64,000 nt of DNA. Origin: Kiritimatiellia bacterium. GTDB taxonomy: Bacteria; Verrucomicrobiota; Kiritimatiellia; RFP12; UBA1067. Position numbers and translations under genes: made by a program. The notes beneath the pieces were generated by a model. It worked only from the letters and a program-made list of their open reading frames with translations. It was not told the DNA's origin and did no database searches. Shown piece after piece: positions 45,288 through 56,519 of the stretch. Every line of letters starts with the position of its first letter. Within the stretch, counting starts at the first letter, position 1. The DNA is taken from positions 96,001-160,000 of the forward strand of contig JBMNFY010000006.1 in assembly GCA_050949565.1 (NCBI GenBank), written 5' to 3'.

Positions 45288-48200
45288 ATGAAGCCGTTGA
45301 TGGTCGTTGGGCGTGATGCATTTTCTCAGTTCCGTTTGACCACGTTGTCAGAGAAGGTCTCTGCTGCGTTGACCGCTCAGGGTGCGGTCAGGATTGAAGC
45401 GCGGTTCGTTTATCTGCTGGATGTGGAGCAGCCGATCAAGGCCCAGTCGCTGGCGCGTGCCTGTTCCTTGCTCGGGGCGTCTCAAGATGAAGCGGTGTCG
45501 GGTGGTTTTTTTGTGACGCCGCGCAAGGGGACGATTTCGCCCTGGTCATCCAGAGCAACCGACCTCTTCCGCAATTGTGGGCTAGGGGGAATCAATCGCG
45601 TGGAGCGCGGCGTGCATATCCGGGTCTTTGCGCAGGAGACCGAACTGTCGCTCGCGGCGTTGCGTCCCGCGTTGAACCTGCTACATGACCGCATGATCGA
45701 AGGTGTCTATCTCGATTTGAATGATCTCTTTGAGACGCGGCCGCCAGCTCCGGGACGCACCTTCGATCTGTTGGGCCAGGGGCGCGCCGCCTTGGATGCT
45801 GCCAACCGCGAGATGGGGCTGGCGCTGAGCGATGACGAGATCCTTTATCTGTGCGACAGCTACACCAAAGCCGGCCGCAACCCGACTGACACCGAGTTGG
45901 TGATGTTCGGCCAAGTCAACTCTGAGCACTGCCGACACAAGATTTTCAATGCCAACTGGATCATCGACGGCGAGCGTAAGGAGTCGTCGCTGTTTCAGAT
46001 GATTAAGAACACGCACGCCTGCCACCCCGACGGTACGTTGGTGGCCTACAAGGATAACTCCGGTGTCATGGAGGGCTTTCCGGGCGTTGGCTTTGAGGTG
46101 GACCCTGCTACGCGCGCCTATCGCTTTGAAGAGGATCAGATCGACATCCTCATGAAGGTCGAGACGCATAACCATCCGACCGCGATTTCGCCCTTCCCCG
46201 GCGCCGCCACCGGCGTGGGCGGCGAAATCCGCGACGAGGCTGCGACCGGCACCGGCGGCCGCAGCAAGGCCGGCCTCTCAGGCTTTATGGTCTCCAACCT
46301 GCGCGTGCCGGGTTTTGAAATGCCGTGGGAAAAACCGTCCCCGAGCTTGCCCGCTCGTCTCGCCTCGCCGCTCGACATCGTGCTGGAGGGATCGGTCGGC
46401 GGTGCATCGTTCGGTAATGAGTTTGGACGTCCTCAACTGTGCGGCTTTTTCCGGACCTATGAGGAGATGACGGCGGACCGTTATTATGGTTACCATAAGC
46501 CGATCATGCTGGCGGGCGGCGTGGGCAATATCCGCCGCAGTCAGGTCTACAAGAAGGCGGTTCCGCCGGGATCCTTGATCGTACAGTTGGGCGGTCCCTC
46601 AATGCGCATCGGCCTCGGCGGCGGCGCGGCCTCTTCCATGGGCACCAGCAGCAACGACGAGGCACTGGACTTCGATTCGGTGCAACGCGCCAATGCCGAG
46701 ATCGAGTGCCGTTGCCAAGAGGTCATCAATGCCTGTGTGGCACTCGGTGCAAACAATCCCATCCTCAGCATCCATGATGTCGGCGCGGGGGGCCTTTCCA
46801 ACGCCTGTCCGGAACTGATCGAGAAGACCGGTGCGACCTTTGACTTGCGCGCCGTGCCCAATGCGGACCCCTCCCTGAGCCCGATGGAAATCTGGTGCTG
46901 CGAAGCGCAGGAGCGGTATGTGCTGGCGATCGCGCCTGAAAGCCGCACCCTCCTTGAGCGTTTGTGTGAGCGCGAGCGTTGCCCTGTGGCCTTCATCGGC
47001 GTCGCGCGCGACGACCAGCGTCTGGTGCTCGAAGACAGCCATTTCAACGACCGCCCGATCGACATGGACATCCGCGTGTTGCTCGGCAAGCCGCCCCGCA
47101 TGGTGCGCGAGGTCACGCGCGAAACGGCAGAGCCGGAACCGCTGGTGCTCGATAACATGACACCGATGGCGGCGCTCGAGCGCGTGCTGCAAGCGCCGAG
47201 CGTGGCCGACAAGACGTTCCTGATTACGGGTACCGACCGCACCGTCTCTGGGCTGATACACCGCGATCAGATGGTCGGGCGCTACCAGTTGCCGGTTGCC
47301 GACAACGCGGTGACGGTCACCGGTCATCAGGCCACGACCGGCGAGGCGATGGCGCTCGGCGAGCGCGCGCCCGTTGCGCTGGTTGACGCGCCCGCTTCGG
47401 GACGTATGGCCGTGGCCGAGGCGATCACCAATATCGCCGGTGTCAATATCGGCCCGATCCACGCCATCAAGCTCTCGGCCAACTGGATGGCTGCATGCGG
47501 CGAGGCGGGCGAGGATGCCAAGCTTTTCGACACGGTCGCATCGGTCGGCATGACCTTCTGCCCGCAGCTCGGCGTGTCGATCCCTGTCGGCAAGGATTCG
47601 CTCTCCATGCGCACGGTGTGGCAGGATGAAAAGGGCGCGTCGCATCGTCAGATCGCGCCGTTGAGTTTGGTCGTCAGCGCCTTTGCATCGGTGCAGGATG
47701 TACGTAAAACCCTCACGCCCGATCTCAAACCCGGTGCCAGCGAACTGCTGCTGATCGATCTCGGACGCGGTCGCAACCGGCTGGGGGCCAGCGTGTTGGC
47801 GCAGGTCCACAATCAGGTCGGCAATGAAGCGGCGGACGCGGATGATCCGGCGCTGTTGCGGCGTTTCTTCGACGCGATGCAGGCATTGGTGGCCGAGGGG
47901 GCGCTGCTGGCTTATCACGACCGTTCCGACGGCGGCGTCGTCGTAACGTTGGCCGAAATGGCGATGGCGGGCGGGCGCGGTGTAGCGATTGATCTACCGG
48001 GGCAGGAGCCGCTGGCCGCGTTGTTCAGCGAAGAGCTGGGCGCGGTGCTGCAAGTGGCCGAAGGCGCGCAAGAGCGGGTCATGGCGGTGCTGGCCGAGCA
48101 GGGGCTTGCCGATGCCGATATCTGTGTGCGCATCGGGCGGCCGACCGACGACCGGCGTTTCCACATTGCGGTGGGTGGGAAGACGGCCGTGGAGACGGAC

Positions 48201-49145
48201 CTCACTTGGCTGCGGCGTACGTGGTCGGCGCTGACCTGCCGCATGCAGGCGTTGCGCGACAATCCGGTGTGCGCGTGGCAGGAGTATGATAATGCGCTGG
48301 ACGAGACCTATCCGGGCATGCAATTTGCTGTGACTTTCGATCCGGATGCTCCGACTGGTATGAGCGTGCAGCAGAAGCCGCGCATGGCGGTGCTGCGCGA
48401 GCAGGGAACCAATGGACATGCCGAAATGGCCGCCGCATTCACGTTGGCCGGCTTCGAGGCGGTCGATGTGCATACGACTGACCTGTTGGAAGGCCGCGTC
48501 GATCTTGCCGGGTTCAATGGCTTGGTGGCATGCGGCGGCTTTTCATTCGGCGACGTCTTGGGCGCTGGTTCAGGCTGGGCGCACAGCATCCTCTACAACG
48601 CCCGGTTGACTGAGCTATTCAAACGCTTCTTCGAGCGGCCTGATACGATCACGTTGGGGGTCGGCAACGGTTGCCAGATGCTGGCGCAGCTTAAGGCGCT
48701 CATTCCGGGTGCCGCGCATTGGCCGCGCTTCCAGCGCAATCTTTCCGAGCAGTTCGAAGCGCGCTACTCGATCGTCGAGGTCATGGAGTCGCCCTCTGTG
48801 CTGCTGAAGGGCATGGAGGGTTCGCGTCTGCCGGTCGCGGCTGCGCACGGCGAGGGTTTGGCTGTTTTCGCGTCGTCGGAAGATGAAGCGCAAGCGATTG
48901 CTTCGTTGCGCTATGTGGACGGTCGCGGCCAGCCGACTGAGCGTTATCCGTGGAATCCGAGCGGCACGAAGGGCGGGCTGACCGGCTTCACTTCAAGCGA
49001 CGGTCGTGCGACCATCCTGATGCCGCATCCGGAGCGCGGCTTCCGTTCGGTGCAGCTCTCGTACCGTCCCGCCGATCTCTTCACCGGCGAGGCCGGCCCC
49101 TGGATGCGCCTCTTCCATAATGCGTATGCGTTCGTCGCGCGCTAA
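45288..49145 (+). CDS. purL: Phosphoribosylformylglycinamidine synthase, large single-chain type
   Basis: [48 protein letters not shown]; AAGGA RBS. Confidence 0.95.
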   Translation: MKPLMVVGRDAFSQFRLTTLSEKVSAALTAQGAVRIEARFVYLLDVEQPIKAQSLARACSLLGASQDEAVSGGFFVTPRKGTISPWSSRATDLFRNCGLGGINRVERGVHIRVFAQETELSLAALRPALNLLHDRMIEGVYLDLNDLFETRPPAPGRTFDLLGQGRAALDAANREMGLALSDDEILYLCDSYTKAGRNPTDTELVMFGQVNSEHCRHKIFNANWIIDGERKESSLFQMIKNTHACHPDGTLVAYKDNSGVMEGFPGVGFEVDPATRAYRFEEDQIDILMKVETHNHPTAISPFPGAATGVGGEIRDEAATGTGGRSKAGLSGFMVSNLRVPGFEMPWEKPSPSLPARLASPLDIVLEGSVGGASFGNEFGRPQLCGFFRTYEEMTADRYYGYHKPIMLAGGVGNIRRSQVYKKAVPPGSLIVQLGGPSMRIGLGGGAASSMGTSSNDEALDFDSVQRANAEIECRCQEVINACVALGANNPILSIHDVGAGGLSNACPELIEKTGATFDLRAVPNADPSLSPMEIWCCEAQERYVLAIAPESRTLLERLCERERCPVAFIGVARDDQRLVLEDSHFNDRPIDMDIRVLLGKPPRMVREVTRETAEPEPLVLDNMTPMAALERVLQAPSVADKTFLITGTDRTVSGLIHRDQMVGRYQLPVADNAVTVTGHQATTGEAMALGERAPVALVDAPASGRMAVAEAITNIAGVNIGPIHAIKLSANWMAACGEAGEDAKLFDTVASVGMTFCPQLGVSIPVGKDSLSMRTVWQDEKGASHRQIAPLSLVVSAFASVQDVRKTLTPDLKPGASELLLIDLGRGRNRLGASVLAQVHNQVGNEAADADDPALLRRFFDAMQALVAEGALLAYHDRSDGGVVVTLAEMAMAGGRGVAIDLPGQEPLAALFSEELGAVLQVAEGAQERVMAVLAEQGLADADICVRIGRPTDDRRFHIAVGGKTAVETDLTWLRRTWSALTCRMQALRDNPVCAWQEYDNALDETYPGMQFAVTFDPDAPTGMSVQQKPRMAVLREQGTNGHAEMAAAFTLAGFEAVDVHTTDLLEGRVDLAGFNGLVACGGFSFGDVLGAGSGWAHSILYNARLTELFKRFFERPDTITLGVGNGCQMLAQLKALIPGAAHWPRFQRNLSEQFEARYSIVEVMESPSVLLKGMEGSRLPVAAAHGEGLAVFASSEDEAQAIASLRYVDGRGQPTERYPWNPSGTKGGLTGFTSSDGRATILMPHPERGFRSVQLSYRPADLFTGEAGPWMRLFHNAYAFVAR

Positions 49146-49158
49146 GGGTGCCATCGGC

Positions 49159-49418
49159 TTATTGCGACCACCCAGTGGTCGCAATGATGAGAGTAAAAGC
49201 ACAGGTCTTCGCAAGTCTTGCGAAAAATGTGGAGTGCGGCGGCAAGCGGGTTTCCGCGCGACGCCGCTTTTTGAGCAGGGGTGCGGTGGCGAGGTGGCGT
49301 GTAAAAGCGGTGCCGCGACCCGCGCACAGCGTGGCTCTTGTCACCGCAAGTCCAGTCGTCAGGCTTGCGAAGCGCCGGGAGGGACGAGCGTCTGCTCGTC
49401 CGGCGGCGTAAACGCCGC
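49159..49418. repeat. Mosaic cassette: E hairpin (49159-49198), D REP doublet (49230-49354), half B (49377-49402), small hairpin
   Basis: Copies at 16377-16416, 35385-35436 and 35613-35638. Confidence 0.9.
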
Positions 49419-49437
49419 ACACAGAACGGGGCGCACG

Positions 49438-50442
49438 CTAGTCATACGAACGGAAGCGTTCGCGCAGCAGGCGGTACAGGCCGCGGATGCCGGTCGGCCA
49501 GAGGCGCGTGGGCGTTGTCGCTTCGAGCGCCGCTTCGACATCGTCCGGCAGGTCGGCGAGAAAATCCAGTCCGGTGATGCGCTCGATCTCGTCGATCGAG
49601 ACGAGTGTGGAGCGTGCGTAGGCTCGGCTTCGGATGTTTTGCGGCATGTAGACCGCGAACGCCCGCAGGCGTTCGCCGCGCTGCGAGACTACGATCTGGT
49701 AAAAGGCGGTCGGGATACTGATGCCTGACTGGAGTCGCCTGTCTTCCGGTGAGGGAACCGCGCCGACGATGACCCAGACCGACCCGACGGTGTTCGGCCA
49801 GATCTCCGAAATGCGGTATTCGAGTTCGTACCAAGGGCCGCGATTCAAGCCGGAGCGTTGCGGGCAGATGTTCGAGGTCAGAAAGGTCTCAAGCTGCGCC
49901 GCCTTACCGAACCGAGAGGCAATGGCGAGGTTGGGTACCATGTGGCCACGATCATAGCCGCTCTTGGTGTATTCTTTGTGTTGCGGCGAGCGTTTGGCTT
50001 GCGGATCTGGCTTGAAGCTGGAGGGCCGGGGCGGCAGTTCGGCGGGCGTCGCCACCGGGTAGGTGCGGTAAGCGGCCCACAGCGGATGCCGCAGCGAGGG
50101 CGAGTAGCCGACCACGAATCCTGTCTTGCGCAGGATGGCGATGTCGCTGGGGGCCGGTTCGCCGACGCGCCTCGGCACACCGGCACAGGTGACCATGTTG
50201 GTCGGCAGCGTCGCGGGATAAGCGACCTCAACATCTCGCCCGGTCAGGCCAAGCGCGTCGGTGAGATCGGCCGATGCGTTGCCGATGCGCGCAGCCCACT
50301 TGGCCAACGGCGGGGGCAGGTGTTGCGCCTGCACCTGTTGCCAGTAGCGCGGCTGGTGGACATACCAGTTGGTCACCAACGCGACCAGCACAAGCAAGGT
50401 GCTGGCCCAACGGATGCAACGGCTGATCAGACGGCGTACCAT
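49438..50442 (-). CDS. Membrane-anchored DNA/RNA non-specific endonuclease (NucA/EndoG family)
   Basis: SGYDRGHMVP, TFLTSNICPQ, LNRGPW, IERITGLDF. Confidence 0.92.
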   Translation of the reverse strand: MVRRLISRCIRWASTLLVLVALVTNWYVHQPRYWQQVQAQHLPPPLAKWAARIGNASADLTDALGLTGRDVEVAYPATLPTNMVTCAGVPRRVGEPAPSDIAILRKTGFVVGYSPSLRHPLWAAYRTYPVATPAELPPRPSSFKPDPQAKRSPQHKEYTKSGYDRGHMVPNLAIASRFGKAAQLETFLTSNICPQRSGLNRGPWYELEYRISEIWPNTVGSVWVIVGAVPSPEDRRLQSGISIPTAFYQIVVSQRGERLRAFAVYMPQNIRSRAYARSTLVSIDEIERITGLDFLADLPDDVEAALEATTPTRLWPTGIRGLYRLLRERFRSYD

Positions 50443-50448
50443 ACACGG

Positions 50449-51618
50449 TCAGGTGGTTGAGAGGACGTAGTCATAACATTGGGCGAGCGCTTGCTGGAAG
50501 TCTTGCGGTGAACGCCGTTCGCGCCGCAAGGTTTCGCGGCCGCGCCGGGAGAGTTCAGCACCCAGACGCGGGCTGTCGCAAAGGCGCAGGATTCCCGCCG
50601 CGAACTCTGCCGGGATCGGGCGCGTGATGACGGCATTCTCGGCGGAGAGGATGGCGCGGTTTGCAGGAGTGTCGGCCGCGACAATCGGCGTGCCGGACTT
50701 GAGGTAATCCAAGACTTTGATCGGTGCCGTCGTGCCGGCGCGGCGCGGCGAGATGAGTACATCCGAAATCGACAGCAGCGCAGCAAGCTCTTCGGTCCCG
50801 ATGCGTCCCGGGAAACAGACCGACTCGTCGATACCGGCGCGGTTGAGAGCCTGGGTCATCCGCCGAATTTCAGCGGCGTCGCCACCGACGACAACGAAGC
50901 GTACGTTCGGGCGCGCCGCCAGTACATGCGGCATCGCGTTGAAAAACAGATCGAGCCCCTGAAAACGTGAGTAAGAACCGACGCAGGTGACCAGCTTCTG
51001 GTTGCGCTCGGTTCGGTAACGGGCCATGGCGAGATTGTGGACTGATGGCGAGATTTCTTCGTCAATCGCCGGAATGTCGGGGATTACACACGCGCGGCTG
51101 CGGCAGTTAAGGCGGCTGAACAGCTCGATCATCCCTGTGTCGTTACCGATGACAGCGGCCGCGCGGCGTAGCGCCCGCCGCTCCAGAAACCGGTGGAGGG
51201 TGTGCCAGAAAGGGTTTAATCCACGCGACCGATTCGGAACGAAATCACCCGTGCGCTCAAATACCCACGGGGTTTTTGTCAGACGGCCGGCAATACCAGC
51301 CACGACTCCGCCGTCATCGATACCGTGCATGAGGGTATAGGCGTGACGGTTGCAGGCGGCGACAGCTTTGGCAGCCATGACGACATCTGTCGCAAAACGG
51401 CGCAGCGATGGTCCCGGCGGAAGGTTCCGGCAGAAGGGTAGATGCGGGGTTGAGAGCGACTGCACGCCCGGCATCTCAGGCACGGCACTGCCCGGCGGGG
51501 TCAGGAGGTCCACCGTGTGCCCGAGCGCGACAAGCGCCGCGAGATCATGGCGCACACGATGGCTGGCCCCGCGCCATGGAACGAAGGGAGTCGAAGAGAC
51601 AAACAGGATACGGGGCAT
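50449..51618 (-). CDS. GT4 glycosyltransferase
   Basis: RILFVS, VGSYSRFQGLD, PIKVLDY...GTPIVA; alternative TTG start at 51678. Confidence 0.85.
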   Translation of the reverse strand: MPRILFVSSTPFVPWRGASHRVRHDLAALVALGHTVDLLTPPGSAVPEMPGVQSLSTPHLPFCRNLPPGPSLRRFATDVVMAAKAVAACNRHAYTLMHGIDDGGVVAGIAGRLTKTPWVFERTGDFVPNRSRGLNPFWHTLHRFLERRALRRAAAVIGNDTGMIELFSRLNCRSRACVIPDIPAIDEEISPSVHNLAMARYRTERNQKLVTCVGSYSRFQGLDLFFNAMPHVLAARPNVRFVVVGGDAAEIRRMTQALNRAGIDESVCFPGRIGTEELAALLSISDVLISPRRAGTTAPIKVLDYLKSGTPIVAADTPANRAILSAENAVITRPIPAEFAAGILRLCDSPRLGAELSRRGRETLRRERRSPQDFQQALAQCYDYVLSTT

Positions 51619-51674
51619 GGCAAAAAGGTCTGTAGTGAAAGGACGGGGCGAGTGACCGGCCCCGCTTTTCTTCG

Positions 51675-53075
<1,401 letters not shown>

Positions 53076-53116
53076 TGTGTGTTTTCCTTTATTGTCAGAT
53101 AGAGTTAACGAGATTT

Positions 53117-53998
53117 TCAGGGCGTTGCTAGGCTGCCCGGAGCGGGATCGCTGGCCAGCGTGATCGTGCCCAAGTCTTTCACGGAGGTTGTCACGCGGAT
53201 TCCCTGCAATGCCTTACAGAAGTAGCCGGGGATCGGTCCCTTGGTGTCGGGCGGTCCCAGCTCCTGACGGGTGATCTCGCGGGTCTTTTTCATCTCCCAG
53301 TGGACGCCCAACTTGCTGGTGCCGACGCTTTCCATCAGACAGAGCTTAATGCTGCGGATTTGAATGTGTTTCAGGACCTCGGCACTTTGTAGGGTGACCG
53401 GAAGGGTGCGCACCTCCTGCTCAAGTACACGCGCTCTGCCGAAGGTGCCGCTCTGGCCTTCGAGTCGGTGTTGGTTTTTCACGTTGAAAAAGGGATTGGA
53501 CTCGTTGACCTTTGCCCTGATCACGCGCACATCCGACTCGGTCAGCGTGTTCTCGTCGCGCGAGAGCAGTAACCCTTCGTAAAAACAGTTCTCGCACAGC
53601 ACGAAGAGATCGTACTTGCCGGGCGGCAGCCCATGGAAAGAGAAGGCGTTGTTCTCGCCCAGTGCGGCGAGAAAGACCTCGTTGGTCATGTCTTTGTTGA
53701 TGTTGCGCGCATTCTTGGCGGCGTCGCCACCCGCCACATTGGCCAGCGCGGAAACGTTGGGGAATCTTTGTGGCATGGCCAGCACGCCGAGCACTTCGGA
53801 TGGATTGCCGGCGATCACGCCGCGCAAACCGCCGCCAGCCCAAGGATCGGGCTTGGTGTACAGGTTGATACTGACCTGGGTTTTGCTGTAAGGCGACATA
53901 TTGCCGGGGTTGATCTTAGTCGCCGCGCAGACCAGCGAGGCCGCGAGAACGGCCAGCAAAGCACCAGCGGCACGGGGGGCTATACGGGATGTCATCAT
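53117..53998 (-). CDS. Hypothetical exported protein (prealbumin/Cna-B-like segment)
   Basis: Signal peptide, FSFHGLPPGKYDL; ATGA overlap with the upstream stop. Confidence 0.7.
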   Translation of the reverse strand: MMTSRIAPRAAGALLAVLAASLVCAATKINPGNMSPYSKTQVSINLYTKPDPWAGGGLRGVIAGNPSEVLGVLAMPQRFPNVSALANVAGGDAAKNARNINKDMTNEVFLAALGENNAFSFHGLPPGKYDLFVLCENCFYEGLLLSRDENTLTESDVRVIRAKVNESNPFFNVKNQHRLEGQSGTFGRARVLEQEVRTLPVTLQSAEVLKHIQIRSIKLCLMESVGTSKLGVHWEMKKTREITRQELGPPDTKGPIPGYFCKALQGIRVTTSVKDLGTITLASDPAPGSLATP

Positions 53999-56484
53999 CG
54001 TGTAAGGATCTCCTTCATATCGGCTTCATAGGGGTGACCCGGGAAGCGGCGGATAAAGTCGGTGGCGATCTCTTTGGCGCGCGTTTTGTCGTTGAGCTGT
54101 AGTCGGCATTCGATCTCCAACTTCATGGCATCCGCGAGCTGCGCGCTCATTGTCACACTCTTGCGGTAGGCCGCCAGTGCGTTGATCGCACGGCGCAGGT
54201 CACCGACGGTGATGTAGATCTTGGCCTCCGCCATCGGATAGTCGCCGGAAAGTTTGGAGGCGGGAGATTCATTCTCCCAGTCGCTCAGCTTTTGAAAGGC
54301 CTCGGCCAGCGCGTCTTGCTCGAGGAAACTGGAGATTGTCGCGTACATCGACGCATCGTGGACCGTGTAGACTTTCCAGTCATCTACTTTCACACGCGAG
54401 GTGAGGCTCTGTGTGGCGGGGCGTCTGGAGGCCGCCCTGCCTGCTGTGTTGGTGTCGGCGTCGCGCTGCTGTTTCCGCGCACCGACGTAGGTTAGGCGTC
54501 CGCCGGCCGTGCCGGTTTTATGGCGGCTGCGGAAACGGTCTTGTGCGTCTTTGTAAAATTTCAATGCCGCGTCATACTGGCCGAGCGCCCGTGCGACATC
54601 GCCTTGCCGCAACGCTGCAATCTGCGTTTGATCGGGGCCGATCGCCGCTTCCTTGAGAAAAGTAGTCTCCCGCCTGGCTGCCTCGGGGTCGTCGATATCA
54701 AACAAGTAAGCGCACACGCGCTCATCCTTCCAGCGGAATTTACGGGCGCTGTTTCTCTCGTTTTTCTCCAACCGCGCGATCCAATCCAGCAGAAGCTGGT
54801 CATTACGTTGGAGGCGCAACGTCTCGACGAACCGGTCTTCCAATGCCCAGCGTTCTTCGGGCGGCCGCTTTTGCAGCGTGTCGAAGCCGCGGTTGAAGAT
54901 GTCGAGCAGAATCGGACCGGCATGGTAGGGGACGAGCAACTCAACCAACATGCCCCAGTGGTCATTGCTCCAATCGGCGCACGGATCGGCTGGCGGCGGG
55001 ACGGCACGCAGCATGTCGTACAAGGCCTTACGCACTGCGAGCCGGTCTTCCTTGGTGTCCAGCGAAAGTGCGGGCGGCGTCCAGAAACAGCGCATACGCA
55101 CCGTGGTGCGGGCAACGCCCGCCGCATTTGAAACGGCGAGGGTGACCGGATACGAAATGGTGTCGGGGTCGCCGGAAACCAACCAGTCGACCGCAGGCTC
55201 TGCAAGACGCTTGTTTGAGGGAAACTCCCAAGTGACAGACTGCGCGGCGGAGGGCGTCACCGCACCGTAGGAGAGCGCGAACAGGATCAAAGGTTTTTCA
55301 CCGATCCAGTAGTACCCGAGACGCTGGTTGTTGCCGCGGATGGTTCCCGCGATACGTCCATCTTTGAACGCGATCCGCGTGATGTCGGCAAGCCCGGAGC
55401 GCGCGAGCCCGGTGACATGCTCGGGCAGTCCGTCTTTTGTTTCCATACCGGGGCGCTTCCAACAGAGGTTGATCTCCTGCGGGCCGGTCTTTTCAAAGTG
55501 GTAATAGTCGATGCGGTGAAGGCCGGGTTCGAGCTCGACCCAATCGCCGCGCTGTCCTTTGGCACCGGCATGCCGCGTGTGGATGCCGGGCCAACTATGG
55601 ATGATCTTGCCGTCGATCGCGAATTCAGAGCCTTCGTCCGAAATCGTGCAGAAGTAGATGCGCTCCTTTTTTTCGAGCACAAACGCGCCGACAATCCAAG
55701 TTGAAAAGTCGTCGTCGGGGCCGAAGGGGTTGACCATTGAGCCGATGCCATAATCCCACATGTCAAAAGAAGCTCCTTGGGCTGGCGGGTAGTCGCGCTC
55801 CATGCGTCTGGCCACCGCCAGACTAGCGTTGCCATTTTTTGAGAAGAAAATGGTCGATGGAAACAGGCGCGTGTTGGTCGGCCGCTGCGGCGGGTTGGCT
55901 GAGGGGGTGATGTAAACCGCAGCGGTCTCGCCGTTGTCCGGCTTGGCAAACAGTACGCCGAAGCCATCGGTTTGCGAGTCGGCGACGATCACGCTTTCCA
56001 GTTGCTTGCCCTGAGCATCGCGCACATCGGGGATGCGGAACTTGCCGGGCAGCAGGCCACCGTTGGGGATCTTGACGAAAACACCCAGATCAGGATGGTC
56101 TGGATCACGTGAAACAGACACCTCGACCCGCAATGCCGCGCCGGGCACGGCCCAGTTCTCTTGTTGCGCCCCGCTACGCCCGGCCGCAACAATCAGTAGC
56201 GCACAAACGACGAGACGCGAAAGGTGCCGCGCACCCAATCGGTTGGTGACAGGGGCGTGCGAAGACCATGCGTTTCTGGTGAAAAGGGGAGCAAAGAGTC
56301 GGGAGCGCGGGCGTCCTCGCCCGCAACAGCGTGTACGCGAACGTGAACGCGGATCGCTGCGCTGTGAACGTGTACGGAGCCCGGGCTCGCGGAGCGTCGG
56401 GAGGGGCAAGCGTCTGCTTGCCTGCGGACGAGCAGACGCTCGTCCCTCCCATCCTGCGGTCAAAAACAAATCACAACTCTTCAA
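53995..56484 (-). CDS. Hypothetical exported protein with PA14-like domain and TPR-like C-terminus; start uncertain (TTG 56484 or TTG 56238)
   Basis: FCTISDEGS..IDG, ELEPGLHRI (PA14-like), helical TPR-like tail; AAGGAG 9 nt upstream of TTG 56484. Confidence 0.75.
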   Translation of the reverse strand: MKSCDLFLTAGWEGRASARPQASRRLPLPTLREPGLRTRSQRSDPRSRSRTRCCGRGRPRSRLFAPLFTRNAWSSHAPVTNRLGARHLSRLVVCALLIVAAGRSGAQQENWAVPGAALRVEVSVSRDPDHPDLGVFVKIPNGGLLPGKFRIPDVRDAQGKQLESVIVADSQTDGFGVLFAKPDNGETAAVYITPSANPPQRPTNTRLFPSTIFFSKNGNASLAVARRMERDYPPAQGASFDMWDYGIGSMVNPFGPDDDFSTWIVGAFVLEKKERIYFCTISDEGSEFAIDGKIIHSWPGIHTRHAGAKGQRGDWVELEPGLHRIDYYHFEKTGPQEINLCWKRPGMETKDGLPEHVTGLARSGLADITRIAFKDGRIAGTIRGNNQRLGYYWIGEKPLILFALSYGAVTPSAAQSVTWEFPSNKRLAEPAVDWLVSGDPDTISYPVTLAVSNAAGVARTTVRMRCFWTPPALSLDTKEDRLAVRKALYDMLRAVPPPADPCADWSNDHWGMLVELLVPYHAGPILLDIFNRGFDTLQKRPPEERWALEDRFVETLRLQRNDQLLLDWIARLEKNERNSARKFRWKDERVCAYLFDIDDPEAARRETTFLKEAAIGPDQTQIAALRQGDVARALGQYDAALKFYKDAQDRFRSRHKTGTAGGRLTYVGARKQQRDADTNTAGRAASRRPATQSLTSRVKVDDWKVYTVHDASMYATISSFLEQDALAEAFQKLSDWENESPASKLSGDYPMAEAKIYITVGDLRRAINALAAYRKSVTMSAQLADAMKLEIECRLQLNDKTRAKEIATDFIRRFPGHPYEADMKEILTR
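56237..56464. repeat. Mosaic cassette H-left + C (reverse) + B (reverse), within or just upstream of the 5' end of the gene above
   Basis: Matches ~4294-4321, 4498-4522 (reverse complement) and 35599-35716 (reverse complement). Confidence 0.9.
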
Positions 56485-56519
56485 CTCACACGACTCCTTA
56501 CGGCGCACCCGCACGCGCG

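Noticed and set aside
46599-47918. Long antisense ORFs (also 9164-10471, 12429-13760, 31193-32323, 51990-53066, 57144-58418)
   Set aside because: Each lies opposite a well-supported gene and has no recognisable domain
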